59,055 nt of DNA from contig JAEZEU010000116.1 in assembly GCA_023432885.1 (NCBI GenBank), positions 1-59,055 of the forward strand. Reading direction: 5' to 3'. Below, piece by piece: positions 39,456 to 49,187 of this stretch. This stretch comes from Pseudomonadota bacterium (GTDB lineage: Bacteria; Pseudomonadota; Alphaproteobacteria; Rhizobiales; Xanthobacteraceae). A program made the position numbers and the translations under genes. Within the stretch, counting starts at the first letter, position 1. Each line of letters begins with the position of its first letter. The notes beneath the pieces were generated by a model. It was given only the letters and a program-made list of their open reading frames with translations, was not told where the DNA came from and made no database searches.

Positions 39456-40436
39456 CTAATACGGAAGATGGATTTCTGGCTGAATGGACCAGAATTGCAT
39501 TGGCTTTCCACTGACAAGACCGAGATGGTGGTCAGTTGACTGTCGTTGCGGTTTTGCCGGATCCGTCGCGTCGACTCCCGCAAGTCGTGCAATCCAATCG
39601 GCCAGAGCGTGAGTGTTTTGAGTGCCCGGAGACGCAGTTGGTGCCGCTGGCGCGTTGAATTTTGTCCATGGCGCTGGCTGATTGCTGCCAACCTGACCTA
39701 GATACTGTAGATGCTCGCCAACGCTTGGCAGCGGTGGTTGCCCCGTAATGCTGGGTAGCAGCCACGGCGGCCCACGCCCGGGATAGGCAAACTCCCTGCG
39801 AAGCGCCGCACCGAGCTGAGTGTCTGTGAAATGGTCGTAGATGCGTCCCACTCCATGATCGGGACCAGGTCCACGATACTGGATATCGTACGAGATACCG
39901 ACATTGTCGGGATCGATGCTTCGTCGGGCAAGCTCGCGTGCCGCTTCCAGAATGGGTTGATACGTGTTGCGCTTGAAATCAAAGTTCGTGTCCAACGGAC
40001 GAATTTCAATCTGCTTGAACGTCTTCGAGCCACCCGGATCAACTACGACCTGACCAGATATAAGTGCACTCTCTTTACCAAACACCAGTGCTCGCAAATG
40101 GTGATCGGCCGCGCTCATGTCTCTCGTGTAATTTGAAAGCTTTGCCGTCAGAGACGGATGCTTGGCATATCGATTGGGAACGAAGTCCAGGAAGTCGTAC
40201 GATCCTGGAGGAATCGTTCTGTCCTCGACAATCTGATTGATGATCGGAAACATGCCTGGATGATAAAACCGTCCCGGTCCCTCACTCATGTACCATGATC
40301 GATCAACGTCAACCGGATCCGGACGACCCGCGACGGGCGTCGGCGTGCCCGATGCAGAATGCCGAAAATAATGCTCAATGAATTGTTGGGCAGCCCAACG
40401 CTGCCCATTCGATAATCTTACTTTGCTCTCTTCCAT
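39456..40436 (-). CDS. Cassette protein: globular N-terminal domain plus Pro-rich type I tail
   Basis: 326-aa ORF ending ALADWIARLAGVDATDP...GLVSGKPMQFWSIQPEIHLPY. Confidence 0.7.
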   Translation of the reverse strand: MEESKVRLSNGQRWAAQQFIEHYFRHSASGTPTPVAGRPDPVDVDRSWYMSEGPGRFYHPGMFPIINQIVEDRTIPPGSYDFLDFVPNRYAKHPSLTAKLSNYTRDMSAADHHLRALVFGKESALISGQVVVDPGGSKTFKQIEIRPLDTNFDFKRNTYQPILEAARELARRSIDPDNVGISYDIQYRGPGPDHGVGRIYDHFTDTQLGAALRREFAYPGRGPPWLLPSITGQPPLPSVGEHLQYLGQVGSNQPAPWTKFNAPAAPTASPGTQNTHALADWIARLAGVDATDPAKPQRQSTDHHLGLVSGKPMQFWSIQPEIHLPY

Positions 40437-40442
40437 CTAGGT

Positions 40443-40865
40443 TCATCTCTTCGGTGAAGCCGATACAAAGGACTCGCTCCTGAAAACAACACCGCAATTC
40501 GACAAGGCCATATAGGCGCTGCCGTAACGCTTCTTGGATTCGTATGTCTCGCCCTCCAGCTTGACTTCCCACACGATGACGCCGGACAATTGCCGAGTAC
40601 GCTTCGCAGAACAGCAATTGTCGGTGCGACTGTAATCCAGAATACCGGGCTTCGTATCCTCATACCCTGGTATGTCGTGCGGCATGTACCGCGCCTCGAA
40701 GGTTTGATTCTTCGCCGCCTCGATGGCGTCGGCTTCAGACGCGATCATGTGCCGGTCAGGACCACAGACATTATTGAGATCGTACACACCGTAGACATGC
40801 AAACCCAGAAGCAAGACGAACGGCGCAAGGAGCACGGCGACAATCACCCGACGAAGAATCTTCAT
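40443..40865 (-). CDS. Membrane-anchored/periplasmic protein with 4 Cys (putative partner or immunity protein)
   Basis: GAGGAGGT RBS; MKILRRVIVAVLLAPFVLLLGLHV anchor; stops 6 bp before the next ATG. Confidence 0.75.
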   Translation of the reverse strand: MKILRRVIVAVLLAPFVLLLGLHVYGVYDLNNVCGPDRHMIASEADAIEAAKNQTFEARYMPHDIPGYEDTKPGILDYSRTDNCCSAKRTRQLSGVIVWEVKLEGETYESKKRYGSAYMALSNCGVVFRSESFVSASPKR

Positions 40866-40974
40866 GCTGAGATACCTCCTCACGGAAGACAAACTTCATG
40901 CCCAATCTCGTAGGTGCCGAGACTGCCGAGACCGCTAGAGGTTAGCTAAGGGGCAGTGGTGTGATCGTCTCGCA

Positions 40975-41003
40975 ATGAGAGAACAGAAAGAGAACATTGT
41001 CAA
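40975..41003 (-). promoter_or_regulatory. Sigma70 promoter with LexA box (copy 2)
   Basis: TTGACA-at-GTTC-tctttct-GTTC-TCTCAT; -10 weaker. Confidence 0.8.
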
Positions 41004-41189
41004 GACGAGAGGCTAACGGAATTCAGTTTCTCGGCAAGAACGCGAGCGCGATGATATCGCTCAACGTATGAGGCCGGCGTGAAGCGCTGCGAACCTAGCG
41101 GCTGCTGTCGGCGTACTGATCGCGGATAGACCCATCGGCGATCAGTTGACGCGTGCGGCCCTTGAAGCCTTCTCCCCTTGCTGCGCTTC

Positions 41190-41640
41190 CTGAGCATCAC
41201 ATCCTGAAACAGGCCAAGCAGGCCGCCCGCATACCCGTCGGTATTTGCGGATTCGGTGCCGATGTCCTCGATGCCGTTCGATGGCAAAGTGGCTAGAACC
41301 AGTCGGTCATATCTGCCTACTGATTGAGGTGACCGAGTGATGCAGTTGAAGCCGCTCCAGGAACGCATCAACTTCGTCCTGGCCTTGCGAATAGACCTCG
41401 AAAAGATCTTCGTCCTAACTCCACCGGCATAGTGGCGCGGGTTACAGCTCCAGAACATTTCGCGGGTGTTTGCCCATTGCTTCAAACTTCCGCTTCAGGT
41501 CCCTGCGACTGCAGACTTTCCCGTGGTCCGTTGAACGAATTGACCAGCATTCTCCTCAATAAGAATTCCAGTGGGTACCTCTCGCCCAACTTGATGCACC
41601 CATTGTTCAAATTCTTTGAATGCATCGGACGGTTCTATGA
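41190..41640 (-). pseudogene. Decayed cassette with internal stops and an orphan GGLLGL tail
   Basis: KFEAMGKHPRNVLEL*PAPLCRWS*DEDLFEVYSQGQDEVDAFLERL, then YAGGLLGLFQDVMLR in another frame. Confidence 0.4.
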
Positions 41641-41670
41641 GGCACTCCTATCGCAAAGGTTGCAGTCTCC

Positions 41671-41699
41671 AAAATAGAACAAATAAGGAACACTGTCAA
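41671..41699 (-). promoter_or_regulatory. Sigma70 promoter with LexA box (copy 3)
   Basis: TTGACA-gt-GTTC-cttattt-GTTC-TATTTT. Confidence 0.85.
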
Positions 41700-41756
41700 C
41701 ATGGACAAATCCCAACCGAGTGACGGCGCAGCCGACTGAAGAAGCCTGAACCACAC

Positions 41757-42374
41757 CTAGCGATCGAAGTTGCGCCACGTCTCTTCGTCCTTAGGCCCCC
41801 ATTCCGGTGGCTCATCCAGACGCGGACGCCCCTTATTTCTGTTGCAAAGATCCCGCCTGTTCTTCGCTCTCTCCAAGCAACCTGCAAGAAAATCTTGATG
41901 ATGATAATCATCAAGACGATCGCCGCATCGCCTGTTCTCTTTCCCGTACCGGCTATAGCAATCATTGTCGTCGTCTTCGTCACGAGCTCGGTCCCGCCTG
42001 CGACCGCCGCCGCCGCCGCCCCCGCCCGATAGGCGGCCTCGGAGGAATTCGAGAATTGGCCCCACTGCCTTTGACGCCGCCCCCGGATCGAATGGGATGG
42101 GTCGCGGGAATGGTCCCGGACGCGTTGACCCGAACCCTCCTCGGAAACCCGCCAGTACGGGGGTCGTGGTCGATGGCGCAGTCGGCTCGAAGCGGCCCTT
42201 AGATTGTTCGCCCGCGGCAATCTCTTGCAATTTTTCAACAAACGGCGCACGCGAGAGCTGCCTGTAATTCCAATTCTGACGCATCGCGTCTGAGCCCGAC
42301 TTTGGGTACGCGTTATCTCCCGCGTGCCCATTCACTTCATCGAAAAACAACTCATACAAACTTGGAGTGGCCAT
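41757..42374 (-). CDS. Cassette protein with Gly linker and C-terminal C-x10-C-x15-C-x10-C domain
   Basis: 205-aa ORF; TAATG coupling to the upstream gene. Confidence 0.7.
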   Translation of the reverse strand: MATPSLYELFFDEVNGHAGDNAYPKSGSDAMRQNWNYRQLSRAPFVEKLQEIAAGEQSKGRFEPTAPSTTTPVLAGFRGGFGSTRPGPFPRPIPFDPGAASKAVGPILEFLRGRLSGGGGGGGGRRRDRARDEDDDNDCYSRYGKENRRCGDRLDDYHHQDFLAGCLERAKNRRDLCNRNKGRPRLDEPPEWGPKDEETWRNFDR

Positions 42375-42799
42375 TAGTCCAGTTCCCTATCTAGAATAAC
42401 GTATCTTTGCTCATATCCATCTAGTGCACGCAGCCAGCCCTTGCGCCCGTAGAGACGGACGCAGGTGCAGCCTTCGTTCCTCGCGAATTCTTCAATCCGG
42501 CCGACCAAGCCCAGCCACCGCGGCATGTCATTGCCGCCGCACGCTGTAATCACGCACACTTTGCCCACATCGGTTCGTTGCAGGCGCGTCGAGGCCGCCG
42601 CAAGAACCGCGATGTTGCTCCCATCACCCACCACGGCGAGCCAGAGCAATGCATTGCCGCAGAGGATCTCCCGCTCAATATCGCAAAATGCCGAGAGGCC
42701 CGTCCGCTCTATCGCGCGACGCAACAGCGGTTCGGCAAGCGGCCAGACCTCGTGAACCCATGCGGGATCGACGCAGATCAGCTCAGCCGAGGATGGCAT
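42374..42799 (-). CDS. Phage protein with acetyltransferase-like fold (position of T7 gp13-like genes)
   Basis: VITACGG...IEEFARNEGC..VRLYGRKGW; follows the nozzle region. Confidence 0.65.
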   Translation of the reverse strand: MPSSAELICVDPAWVHEVWPLAEPLLRRAIERTGLSAFCDIEREILCGNALLWLAVVGDGSNIAVLAAASTRLQRTDVGKVCVITACGGNDMPRWLGLVGRIEEFARNEGCTCVRLYGRKGWLRALDGYEQRYVILDRELD

Positions 42800-43097
42800 A
42801 GAAGAACGTGCGGCCCGCCGTCGCGCTGTTCGCATGCGTGACCGTGAACGAGCCATTGGCGACAGCGCTCACATACATGGTGCCGCTGCCGAGCTCGGCT
42901 GCAGCGTTCGACGTTGCCGGTGTCAGGATCGGGGTGGAGCCGGCCGCGCAGTTCGGCGTCGAGACGGTCGTCGTCGAGGAACCTGTCGCGAGCGTCAAGC
43001 TGCCGACCGCATTCGAACGCCCGGCAGCGAGTTGCTGGATGGCGAGCACGATCTTCTTCAGATCAGTTTCGACGAGACCGGGAGCATAGGCTGTCAT
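42783..43097 (-). CDS. Small virion structural protein
   Basis: Thr/Ala/Ser-rich beta-type sequence; coupled to the nozzle gene. Confidence 0.6.
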   Translation of the reverse strand: MTAYAPGLVETDLKKIVLAIQQLAAGRSNAVGSLTLATGSSTTTVSTPNCAAGSTPILTPATSNAAAELGSGTMYVSAVANGSFTVTHANSATAGRTFFYAILG

Positions 43098-44566
43098 AGC
43101 GTGCCACTCGCTGTCAGGTCCGGCACCACGCCGGCGCAGAAGGACCAGGATGTCGCGGCTGGTATACGCACTCTGAACCGAGAATAACGGGTATCGCGCA
43201 TCACATCGCAGCGGCCGGTTCTCGGATTGACGAGCACCTCGCTGCCCGCGACGGCAGTCGCCGAGGGCGTGTCGCGATACGATACCGAGCCATACAAGGT
43301 TGCAGCGTCAGTGACCGGACGAAATCCACGGATCGTGATGCGATTGTCGTCTGTTCCCTGCTCTGCGCTCTCGATGGTCGCCTCCAGGCTCGTGCCGCGG
43401 AAGAAGCCGAGCGCATGAGAGCCGCTGAACTGGGCGATCTCCGGCTGCACGGCCGTCGCGTAGGCGTCGAGACTTAGCATCAACGCGTCCAGAGAGCTGG
43501 AAATGCTGTCGAGATTTTCCAGCGTCAGCCCGGTCTGGGACATACCGAGCAAAAATTCACCGGAAATCGATACCGGAAAGAAGCGGTCGAGCAGGAAATC
43601 GTATCCCAGCAATTTGTCGAAATTGCCGACCGCTCCCGAGACCGACTTGTACGCCCAGTAAACCCGCGTACTGCGCGGATCGGCTGCACCCATAAAAAGT
43701 TGCAAACTGCCCTTGTCGAGATCCGCGAGGAAGGTCCGGTCGACCTTCTCGCGTCCGATCTGCTCTGGCACGCCCCCCGGTTCGATCTTGTGAAATCCCT
43801 GCCCGGCGTAGAAGAAAATGCGCTCGCCAGCGCGGATGATCGAGTACGGCGCATACAATCCCTTGTCCTGGGTGATGCGGTCGATCTGAAAGATGATTGG
43901 CGATCCCGGCACGTAGGACATGCGCCTGATCGCCTGATCCTGGAAGATGATGCCTGACTCGCCGCCGGCGACGCCGCGAACGATGCCGCCGTCCGGAAAG
44001 TCCTGGAAGTCCGACGAATTGATGCCGCTGGTCCAGCTGGTGGCTGCATTGAAGTTGTTCAGTCCGGACCATTGGATCCGGTATGGCGTTGATAGCAGGC
44101 CGGACAACACCAAGAAGCGCCCGACCACGCTGATATAGGCAGCTTGAGGCGGCGAACCGGCAGCATCGGCAAATGCACTCGAAGATGAAAGATCGAAGAT
44201 TTGCAGAACCGTATTGGCCTGTGTCGCAAAGACGAAATTGCCGGTCTGCGCGAACTGCCACTGCGCGCTGGAGGAAAGCGCCGGATAAGTCGATCCACCC
44301 TTGGAGACATCGGCCCAGGTGAAATCCGTGTTGTTCAGCCTGTAAAGCTTGTCACTGGTGCCGGCAAACGTGACGACGGTCCCGTCGAATTTCAGTGCAT
44401 AGAATGCGCCGCGGCAGGGCGCCGGCAACGCCGCCGTGTAGGCCGAGAACGAGGGAAACGGACCGTAACCGTCGCCGCGCGGAATCACGTTTAGGATGTT
44501 GCGCGTCGCTTGTCCCTCATAGTCGCTGACGTCCGGACGATAATCGCCAATGGCAAGAAGGGGCAT
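43094..44566 (-). CDS. Podovirus tail nozzle/DNA stabilisation protein (P22 gp10/T7 gp12-like)
   Basis: 490 aa, beta-rich; RIQWSGLN, SDFQDFPDGG; position after adaptor and fibres. Confidence 0.7.
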   Translation of the reverse strand: MPLLAIGDYRPDVSDYEGQATRNILNVIPRGDGYGPFPSFSAYTAALPAPCRGAFYALKFDGTVVTFAGTSDKLYRLNNTDFTWADVSKGGSTYPALSSSAQWQFAQTGNFVFATQANTVLQIFDLSSSSAFADAAGSPPQAAYISVVGRFLVLSGLLSTPYRIQWSGLNNFNAATSWTSGINSSDFQDFPDGGIVRGVAGGESGIIFQDQAIRRMSYVPGSPIIFQIDRITQDKGLYAPYSIIRAGERIFFYAGQGFHKIEPGGVPEQIGREKVDRTFLADLDKGSLQLFMGAADPRSTRVYWAYKSVSGAVGNFDKLLGYDFLLDRFFPVSISGEFLLGMSQTGLTLENLDSISSSLDALMLSLDAYATAVQPEIAQFSGSHALGFFRGTSLEATIESAEQGTDDNRITIRGFRPVTDAATLYGSVSYRDTPSATAVAGSEVLVNPRTGRCDVMRDTRYSRFRVRIPAATSWSFCAGVVPDLTASGTL

Positions 44567-45168
44567 TACTCTACATCCCATGTCTCGGATTGCTTGTCGG
44601 CGTGGGTCCAGGGCATCGGTTGATTGCCCTGGATGCTCCAACCGGTTGGCAGGCCCGCATTCGGATTCCAGGTTGATTTCTCGATTGCCCGTATTGACCA
44701 GTCGTCGGAATCAAAGGAGCGTGGGATCCAAGCCTCGAAGTCCCGTATGAAGGAGGCATTCGAGGCAGCAGTGAAATAGCTGTCCCCACTCGACGCCAGG
44801 GAAGTCGCGAACGATTGCGAACCGCCCGCTATTCCGTAGCTGCCTGCCGCGAGGGAATGCCTGACGCCGAAGGCTCCCCCAACCGTATTGGCTGAACAGT
44901 TGCCGAGACCCGCTGAAACGGTAGTTCGAACAATGGCTGGCGTACCGGCGACAGCGAACACGACGGAGCCGGCCGCGTGCTTGATATTCAATGCGGCGGA
45001 AACGGCCGTTGGCGCAAATGAGCCCGAGACAGCCGCCTGCGTGAACTTGAACGTCGCCGCCCACCCGGTTGCGGACGACAAGCCGCGTGCAGCCATGAGC
45101 GCAGCGGAGCCCGCTGCCGGGAATTGCAACAGGCCGTAGCGGCCGAGCGTGTCAAATCCGAGAAGCAT
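44566..45168 (-). CDS. Virion structural protein
   Basis: MLLGFDTLG, Ala/Gly-rich, Trp-repeat C-terminus; coupled to the nozzle gene. Confidence 0.55.
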   Translation of the reverse strand: MLLGFDTLGRYGLLQFPAAGSAALMAARGLSSATGWAATFKFTQAAVSGSFAPTAVSAALNIKHAAGSVVFAVAGTPAIVRTTVSAGLGNCSANTVGGAFGVRHSLAAGSYGIAGGSQSFATSLASSGDSYFTAASNASFIRDFEAWIPRSFDSDDWSIRAIEKSTWNPNAGLPTGWSIQGNQPMPWTHADKQSETWDVE

Positions 45169-45188
45169 CTTCCGCCCTGTCCACTACT

Positions 45189-46058
45189 TTACGGCGCTAC
45201 GCGCGCGCCATAAGCGAACGACTCAAACGCTACATCTCCACGCACGTCCCGCGCTGAGGCAGTTTCGTGATAGATGTAAAACTCAAGGTAATCGGTACTG
45301 CCGTTCAGATCGACCAGGCAGGTGACCGCACAAGTGCCGGTGTTGGTCACCGCACCCATCGTGTCGCGACCGCGCTTCCATTCCGAACCGTTCTTGAAGA
45401 CGGACACGAAATAGGTGATGCCGGCTGGAATGTTGAGCAGCGTAATCGAACAACCAACATGATATTTGCCGGCAACGGCGGGCTGAAACCTGTAGTTGGT
45501 CGCGTTGTCGAACGCTCCAGCTGTGTCCCATTCCTCGACATTGAACTGTACCTTGGTCTGTATGCCGGAAGGAATGGATTGCGTACCGCTGCGACGGACG
45601 TGGAATGAGGGAATGTCCGCGACGCCCGTACCGCCTTCGGCCACTGAAACGGGCGTGCTCAATCCAATGTTGGACTTTGCCTGCGTCTTCTGCGCCGCGG
45701 TGAAGCTGTTGGCCTCCTCGACCGAAATCAAATCGCGCTTTGAGGCGACTACCCATACCTGCGGTGCCACGGTGAAGCTGATCTTCGCGCCCGCCCCGCC
45801 CTGCAAGGTTCCGGTGCCGGCCGAGTTATAAAGCACCGTGGTCCGGGCAAACGAGCCCGCGCCGGCCGAGCTATATGCGCCTTCCGAAACTTCCCATTGC
45901 GTCAAATCGGCGCTTTCAGCGCGCACTTTGTAGACGCGGCCGTTTACGGCGCCGGCGGCTGCCGGCGAAATGTACGGACTTACCGTGGACGAATACGTCC
46001 AATCGGCAGTCCCACCCGCCGCGGCGATGAAGCGGCAGAGATCGAGAAAAGCAGCCAT
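45189..46058 (-). CDS. Tail fibre/receptor-binding protein with C1q-like C-terminal domain
   Basis: QKTQAKSNIG, VAEGGTG; FDNATNYRFQPAVAGKY...LVDLNGSTDYLEFY. Confidence 0.75.
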   Translation of the reverse strand: MAAFLDLCRFIAAAGGTADWTYSSTVSPYISPAAAGAVNGRVYKVRAESADLTQWEVSEGAYSSAGAGSFARTTVLYNSAGTGTLQGGAGAKISFTVAPQVWVVASKRDLISVEEANSFTAAQKTQAKSNIGLSTPVSVAEGGTGVADIPSFHVRRSGTQSIPSGIQTKVQFNVEEWDTAGAFDNATNYRFQPAVAGKYHVGCSITLLNIPAGITYFVSVFKNGSEWKRGRDTMGAVTNTGTCAVTCLVDLNGSTDYLEFYIYHETASARDVRGDVAFESFAYGARVAP

Positions 46059-46059
46059 T

Positions 46060-46491
46060 TTAGGTGATCGTCAGAATGCCGTTGGTCTGGTCAAGGTCGA
46101 CGGTGAATGTATTGCCGTTGGTGAGTGTGATCGGCACGCCATAGTCCCACCACCCGATCAACGGTTTGGTCGCCGATGTGGAATTGTAGAGTACTGCGTA
46201 CTGAAACGGTCCGATCGAGCCGCCTGACGCTGTCCAGGCTGGATCCGCAGCGCCGAGAAATTTGAACGTGCCCGATGTCTGCGATCCCGTGATGGCGCCG
46301 ATCGAGGCGCCGCCCGATGAATAGCCGTTGGCGGCGGAAAGATCGGCCGGCGTGTTGTAGACCGTATTCGTCACGGACGGCGCCGTGCTGGTGAGATAGA
46401 CCTTGTAGACATGAGAGGTCCCCGTCTTCATGTCGTGCAGCGCAGTGGCAATGTCCTGCACGAAGCAATTGAATTTGTTGAATGCCGCCAT
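46060..46491 (-). CDS. Virion structural protein
   Basis: MAAFNKFN..., WTASGGSIGPFQYAVLYN, LIGWWDYG. Confidence 0.7.
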   Translation of the reverse strand: MAAFNKFNCFVQDIATALHDMKTGTSHVYKVYLTSTAPSVTNTVYNTPADLSAANGYSSGGASIGAITGSQTSGTFKFLGAADPAWTASGGSIGPFQYAVLYNSTSATKPLIGWWDYGVPITLTNGNTFTVDLDQTNGILTIT

Positions 46492-46501
46492 TGTATCCTC
46501 G

Positions 46502-47155
46502 CTAGACTACCAGACCAGAGACACGAACCGTCATCGGCCCGGCATTGAAAGTTGACGTCAGCCCCAGACCGTTGAGGTCGTTGATCGCCGCGGTGAACCC
46601 GAGGCCCCAGGTCTGGATGCGGCCGTCTTCCTTGATGTACGGCGCCGACTCCAGTAGCGCGCCGTACAGATAAAGATCAGGCGCCACCATCAGCAGCCAG
46701 TTCGGATCACTTTCGGCAAGCGGCGGAATATTCCGCCGGTACACCATTTCAATGGTGTAGGCAGCATCCGGCGTCGGAGCGATCTCGAGTTCGTCACCAA
46801 ACACCGTGAAGTAGCGCGGCCGGCCGCTGACGTTGAACGTCTCGAACCGGTACTCGTCGATCTGCGCACCGGATCTGAACTCGAGCGCCGGCTTCCCCGT
46901 GACGCTGGACAGGCGAACTCGGCGCATCGACTGGAAGTCGGATGGCAGCGAAATGAACTCCGGCTCGCTGCAAGCGAGGTTGACCAACGCCGTCGCGCGC
47001 TGCTCCATCTGCCTCACAAAGAGCTGGCGGTTGAACTTGGCTTCGGCGAGCTGGATGAAAGTCGGAATCCGCGCAATCAGCGTTGGGTCCTGATCTCTCG
47101 CCAAATATTCCGTCACCGCCGATTGCAGCGACGCGTAGTCCACGATTTGCGTCAT
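46502..47155 (-). CDS. Head-tail adaptor (tail tubular protein A-like)
   Basis: IPTFIQLAEAKFNRQL, LPSDF, APTPD, APDLYLYGAL. Confidence 0.8.
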   Translation of the reverse strand: MTQIVDYASLQSAVTEYLARDQDPTLIARIPTFIQLAEAKFNRQLFVRQMEQRATALVNLACSEPEFISLPSDFQSMRRVRLSSVTGKPALEFRSGAQIDEYRFETFNVSGRPRYFTVFGDELEIAPTPDAAYTIEMVYRRNIPPLAESDPNWLLMVAPDLYLYGALLESAPYIKEDGRIQTWGLGFTAAINDLNGLGLTSTFNAGPMTVRVSGLVV

Positions 47156-47484
47156 TTCAGCTCCGCTAACCAGCCGGCCTGTAGCCGCGGCCGGTCGGTT
47201 CGCAAGTAGGCCCATTCCGGATCATTGAGCTTCTTCTGCACGACCCGGTCGAAATCCGGTGTGAACATCCGTAAGCCGGTGTTGCCCCGTGCATGCTCCT
47301 CATCCAGCCACCGGACGTAAATGACATTGGGAATGCGCGCGATGTGCCGGCCCCATTCGGAGCGTTGCTCCTCTCGGCGCGCCTCCCTGTTCCATTGCAG
47401 AATCGGTTCGACGTCCTGCACGTGCTCGATCACGAGATCCTGGCCGTTGCTGTCGAGATGCGGCCGGATCAAGACACCGTCCAT
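47152..47484 (-). CDS. Conserved-type phage head-region protein
   Basis: QDVEPIL...WGRHIARIP...KKLNDPEWAYLRT. Confidence 0.7.
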   Translation of the reverse strand: MDGVLIRPHLDSNGQDLVIEHVQDVEPILQWNREARREEQRSEWGRHIARIPNVIYVRWLDEEHARGNTGLRMFTPDFDRVVQKKLNDPEWAYLRTDRPRLQAGWLAELK

Positions 47485-47795
47485 CACGACATCTCCGTGA
47501 TCCAGAGGGTGCCGGCTGTTGCCGTGACCAGACCGTTGGTCGCGGCCTTGATCGCCGATATGCGCTGACCGGGGCTGACGATGACGTACTCGATCACATA
47601 AGCCGGCAGAAAGTTGTCGGCGTTCGTGGCCGTCTGGGCACCGTCGCCGATCCGGTAGCAGCAGGCTGCATTGGAGACCAGGCGCAGCTGATAGGTCCCG
47701 GGTCCGAACGCGTTGGCAATCGCGGCGCTTGAATCGAAGGCGATAGTCTGGGTTACGCCGGCGCGCGAAGCGTGTTGTTTGGGAAAGAACGACAT
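47484..47795 (-). CDS. Small beta-rich virion protein
   Basis: Coupled ORF ending GTLWITEMS. Confidence 0.65.
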   Translation of the reverse strand: MSFFPKQHASRAGVTQTIAFDSSAAIANAFGPGTYQLRLVSNAACCYRIGDGAQTATNADNFLPAYVIEYVIVSPGQRISAIKAATNGLVTATAGTLWITEMS

Positions 47796-47796
47796 T

Positions 47797-48159
47797 TTAG
47801 GCAGCCCTCACAGCTACGGAGAAATGCATGGGAACTGCGGAGCCGGACGCGCCAGACGGCGTCAGGGCGATGACGTCGTCTTCGTTCAGGTAGGCCGGCG
47901 AAGGCGGCGTGGCCGTAAATAGCTGACCTGCGGCAGAGCCCGCTTGCGTCACGGTGAATGTGGCGAGCGTGGTGGAATTTGCCGACACTGTTACGGTCGC
48001 GTTGGCGGTGGTAATCGCTCCCCCGAGTACGCCCGTAGCCCTCAAGAGGCGACAGCGGAACGGCACGCGGATATAGGCGGCGACGGGCGATGCCCCACAG
48101 GAGGGCGTATAGGCCGTGAGATCGATAGTATTGAGCGTATGATGGCCGGGAAGCGGCAT
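47797..48159 (-). CDS. Putative capsid decoration protein
   Basis: 120 aa, Ala/Thr-rich, immediately after the capsid terminator; GGAG RBS. Confidence 0.6.
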   Translation of the reverse strand: MPLPGHHTLNTIDLTAYTPSCGASPVAAYIRVPFRCRLLRATGVLGGAITTANATVTVSANSTTLATFTVTQAGSAAGQLFTATPPSPAYLNEDDVIALTPSGASGSAVPMHFSVAVRAA

Positions 48160-48171
48160 TTTCAGATCTCC

Positions 48172-48200
48172 AAAGAGAAAGGGCGGCCCGAAGGCCGCCC
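48172..48200 (-). terminator. Terminator after the major capsid gene
   Basis: GGGCGGCC-TTCG-GGCCGCCC followed by TTTCTCTTT. Confidence 0.85.
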
Positions 48201-48224
48201 TGGATGCGGGATGATGGGGAGGAC

Positions 48225-49187
48225 TCAGGACGATGTGTTGTCGAACACGCCGCCGGAGGCTTTCTCGTTGCGGGCAACGAGCGCATATTCCGCCAGGATC
48301 TGGCAACGATCGGAGTCGCCCGTCTTGGCCAGCGGGATCGAGATCATGTTGCGGCCGTTGAGATATGCCACCGCCCACTTGTCCATCTCCAGCACGAGCA
48401 CGTCGCGCGGGCGCTGAAAGCGGTTGGCGATCACCTTCAGCTTGCCGAAATCGGACTCATAGGCGTCGACGGAGGCGACGATCTTCTTCGATTTCGCCTC
48501 TTCGATCGCGCTTGCCCGGCCGGTAAAGGTCGAGAACACCTGCTTGTTGAAGGCGCCGGTCATGATCGTGCCAGGCTTGCCGCCGTTGCTCCAGATCGAA
48601 GACAGCACCGACTTGAGCCGCGCCTCGGTGAACGCGATCTGCGTGCCATCCGTTCGCGTGCCGGTGCCGTCGGCCGCGGCCGGATCGGCGGCACCGCCAG
48701 CCGTCCCCTTGGAGGTGTTGGAGGAGATCCACGACAGCACCGATGCCGTCTTGCGTGGCGTCGAAGTGTCGCCGACCACCTTGGCCTGGTTGGTGCCGAC
48801 CAAAATGGTCTCGATATCGCGCTTCAGCTCGAGGCCCTTGAGCATTTCCTGATAGGCAAGCTCATTGTCGCGGCCAGCGTGATCGACCGCCTGCTGCGTG
48901 CCGGAGACGCGGGCCACCTTGTAGGAAATCTGACAGAGATTGCCCAGCCGCACGGTAGGCGTCGTAGCGGTCGTGGTGGGGTCGTCGCCTTCAAGCTGAG
49001 CGTTGGCGCTTGACGCCGGGGCGAGCGCCTGCGTCTGCCATTCATGATTGACCGCAGTCGCTTTTTCCTTCTCGGCGGCGCTCATGAAGGGCGTATCGGT
49101 CGGGTCGATGCGATAGATCATATCGGAAAGATCTTCGCGGTTGCCGACCGCCTGGTAGGTAACAAAAGTAGAAGCCGGTAAGGCCAT
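48225..49187 (-). CDS. Major capsid protein (DUF5309/SU10-like)
   Basis: GNREDLSDMIYRIDPTDTPF, HEWQTQAL, ELKRDIE, YESDFG, LAKTGDS. Confidence 0.88.
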   Translation of the reverse strand: MALPASTFVTYQAVGNREDLSDMIYRIDPTDTPFMSAAEKEKATAVNHEWQTQALAPASSANAQLEGDDPTTTATTPTVRLGNLCQISYKVARVSGTQQAVDHAGRDNELAYQEMLKGLELKRDIETILVGTNQAKVVGDTSTPRKTASVLSWISSNTSKGTAGGAADPAAADGTGTRTDGTQIAFTEARLKSVLSSIWSNGGKPGTIMTGAFNKQVFSTFTGRASAIEEAKSKKIVASVDAYESDFGKLKVIANRFQRPRDVLVLEMDKWAVAYLNGRNMISIPLAKTGDSDRCQILAEYALVARNEKASGGVFDNTSS

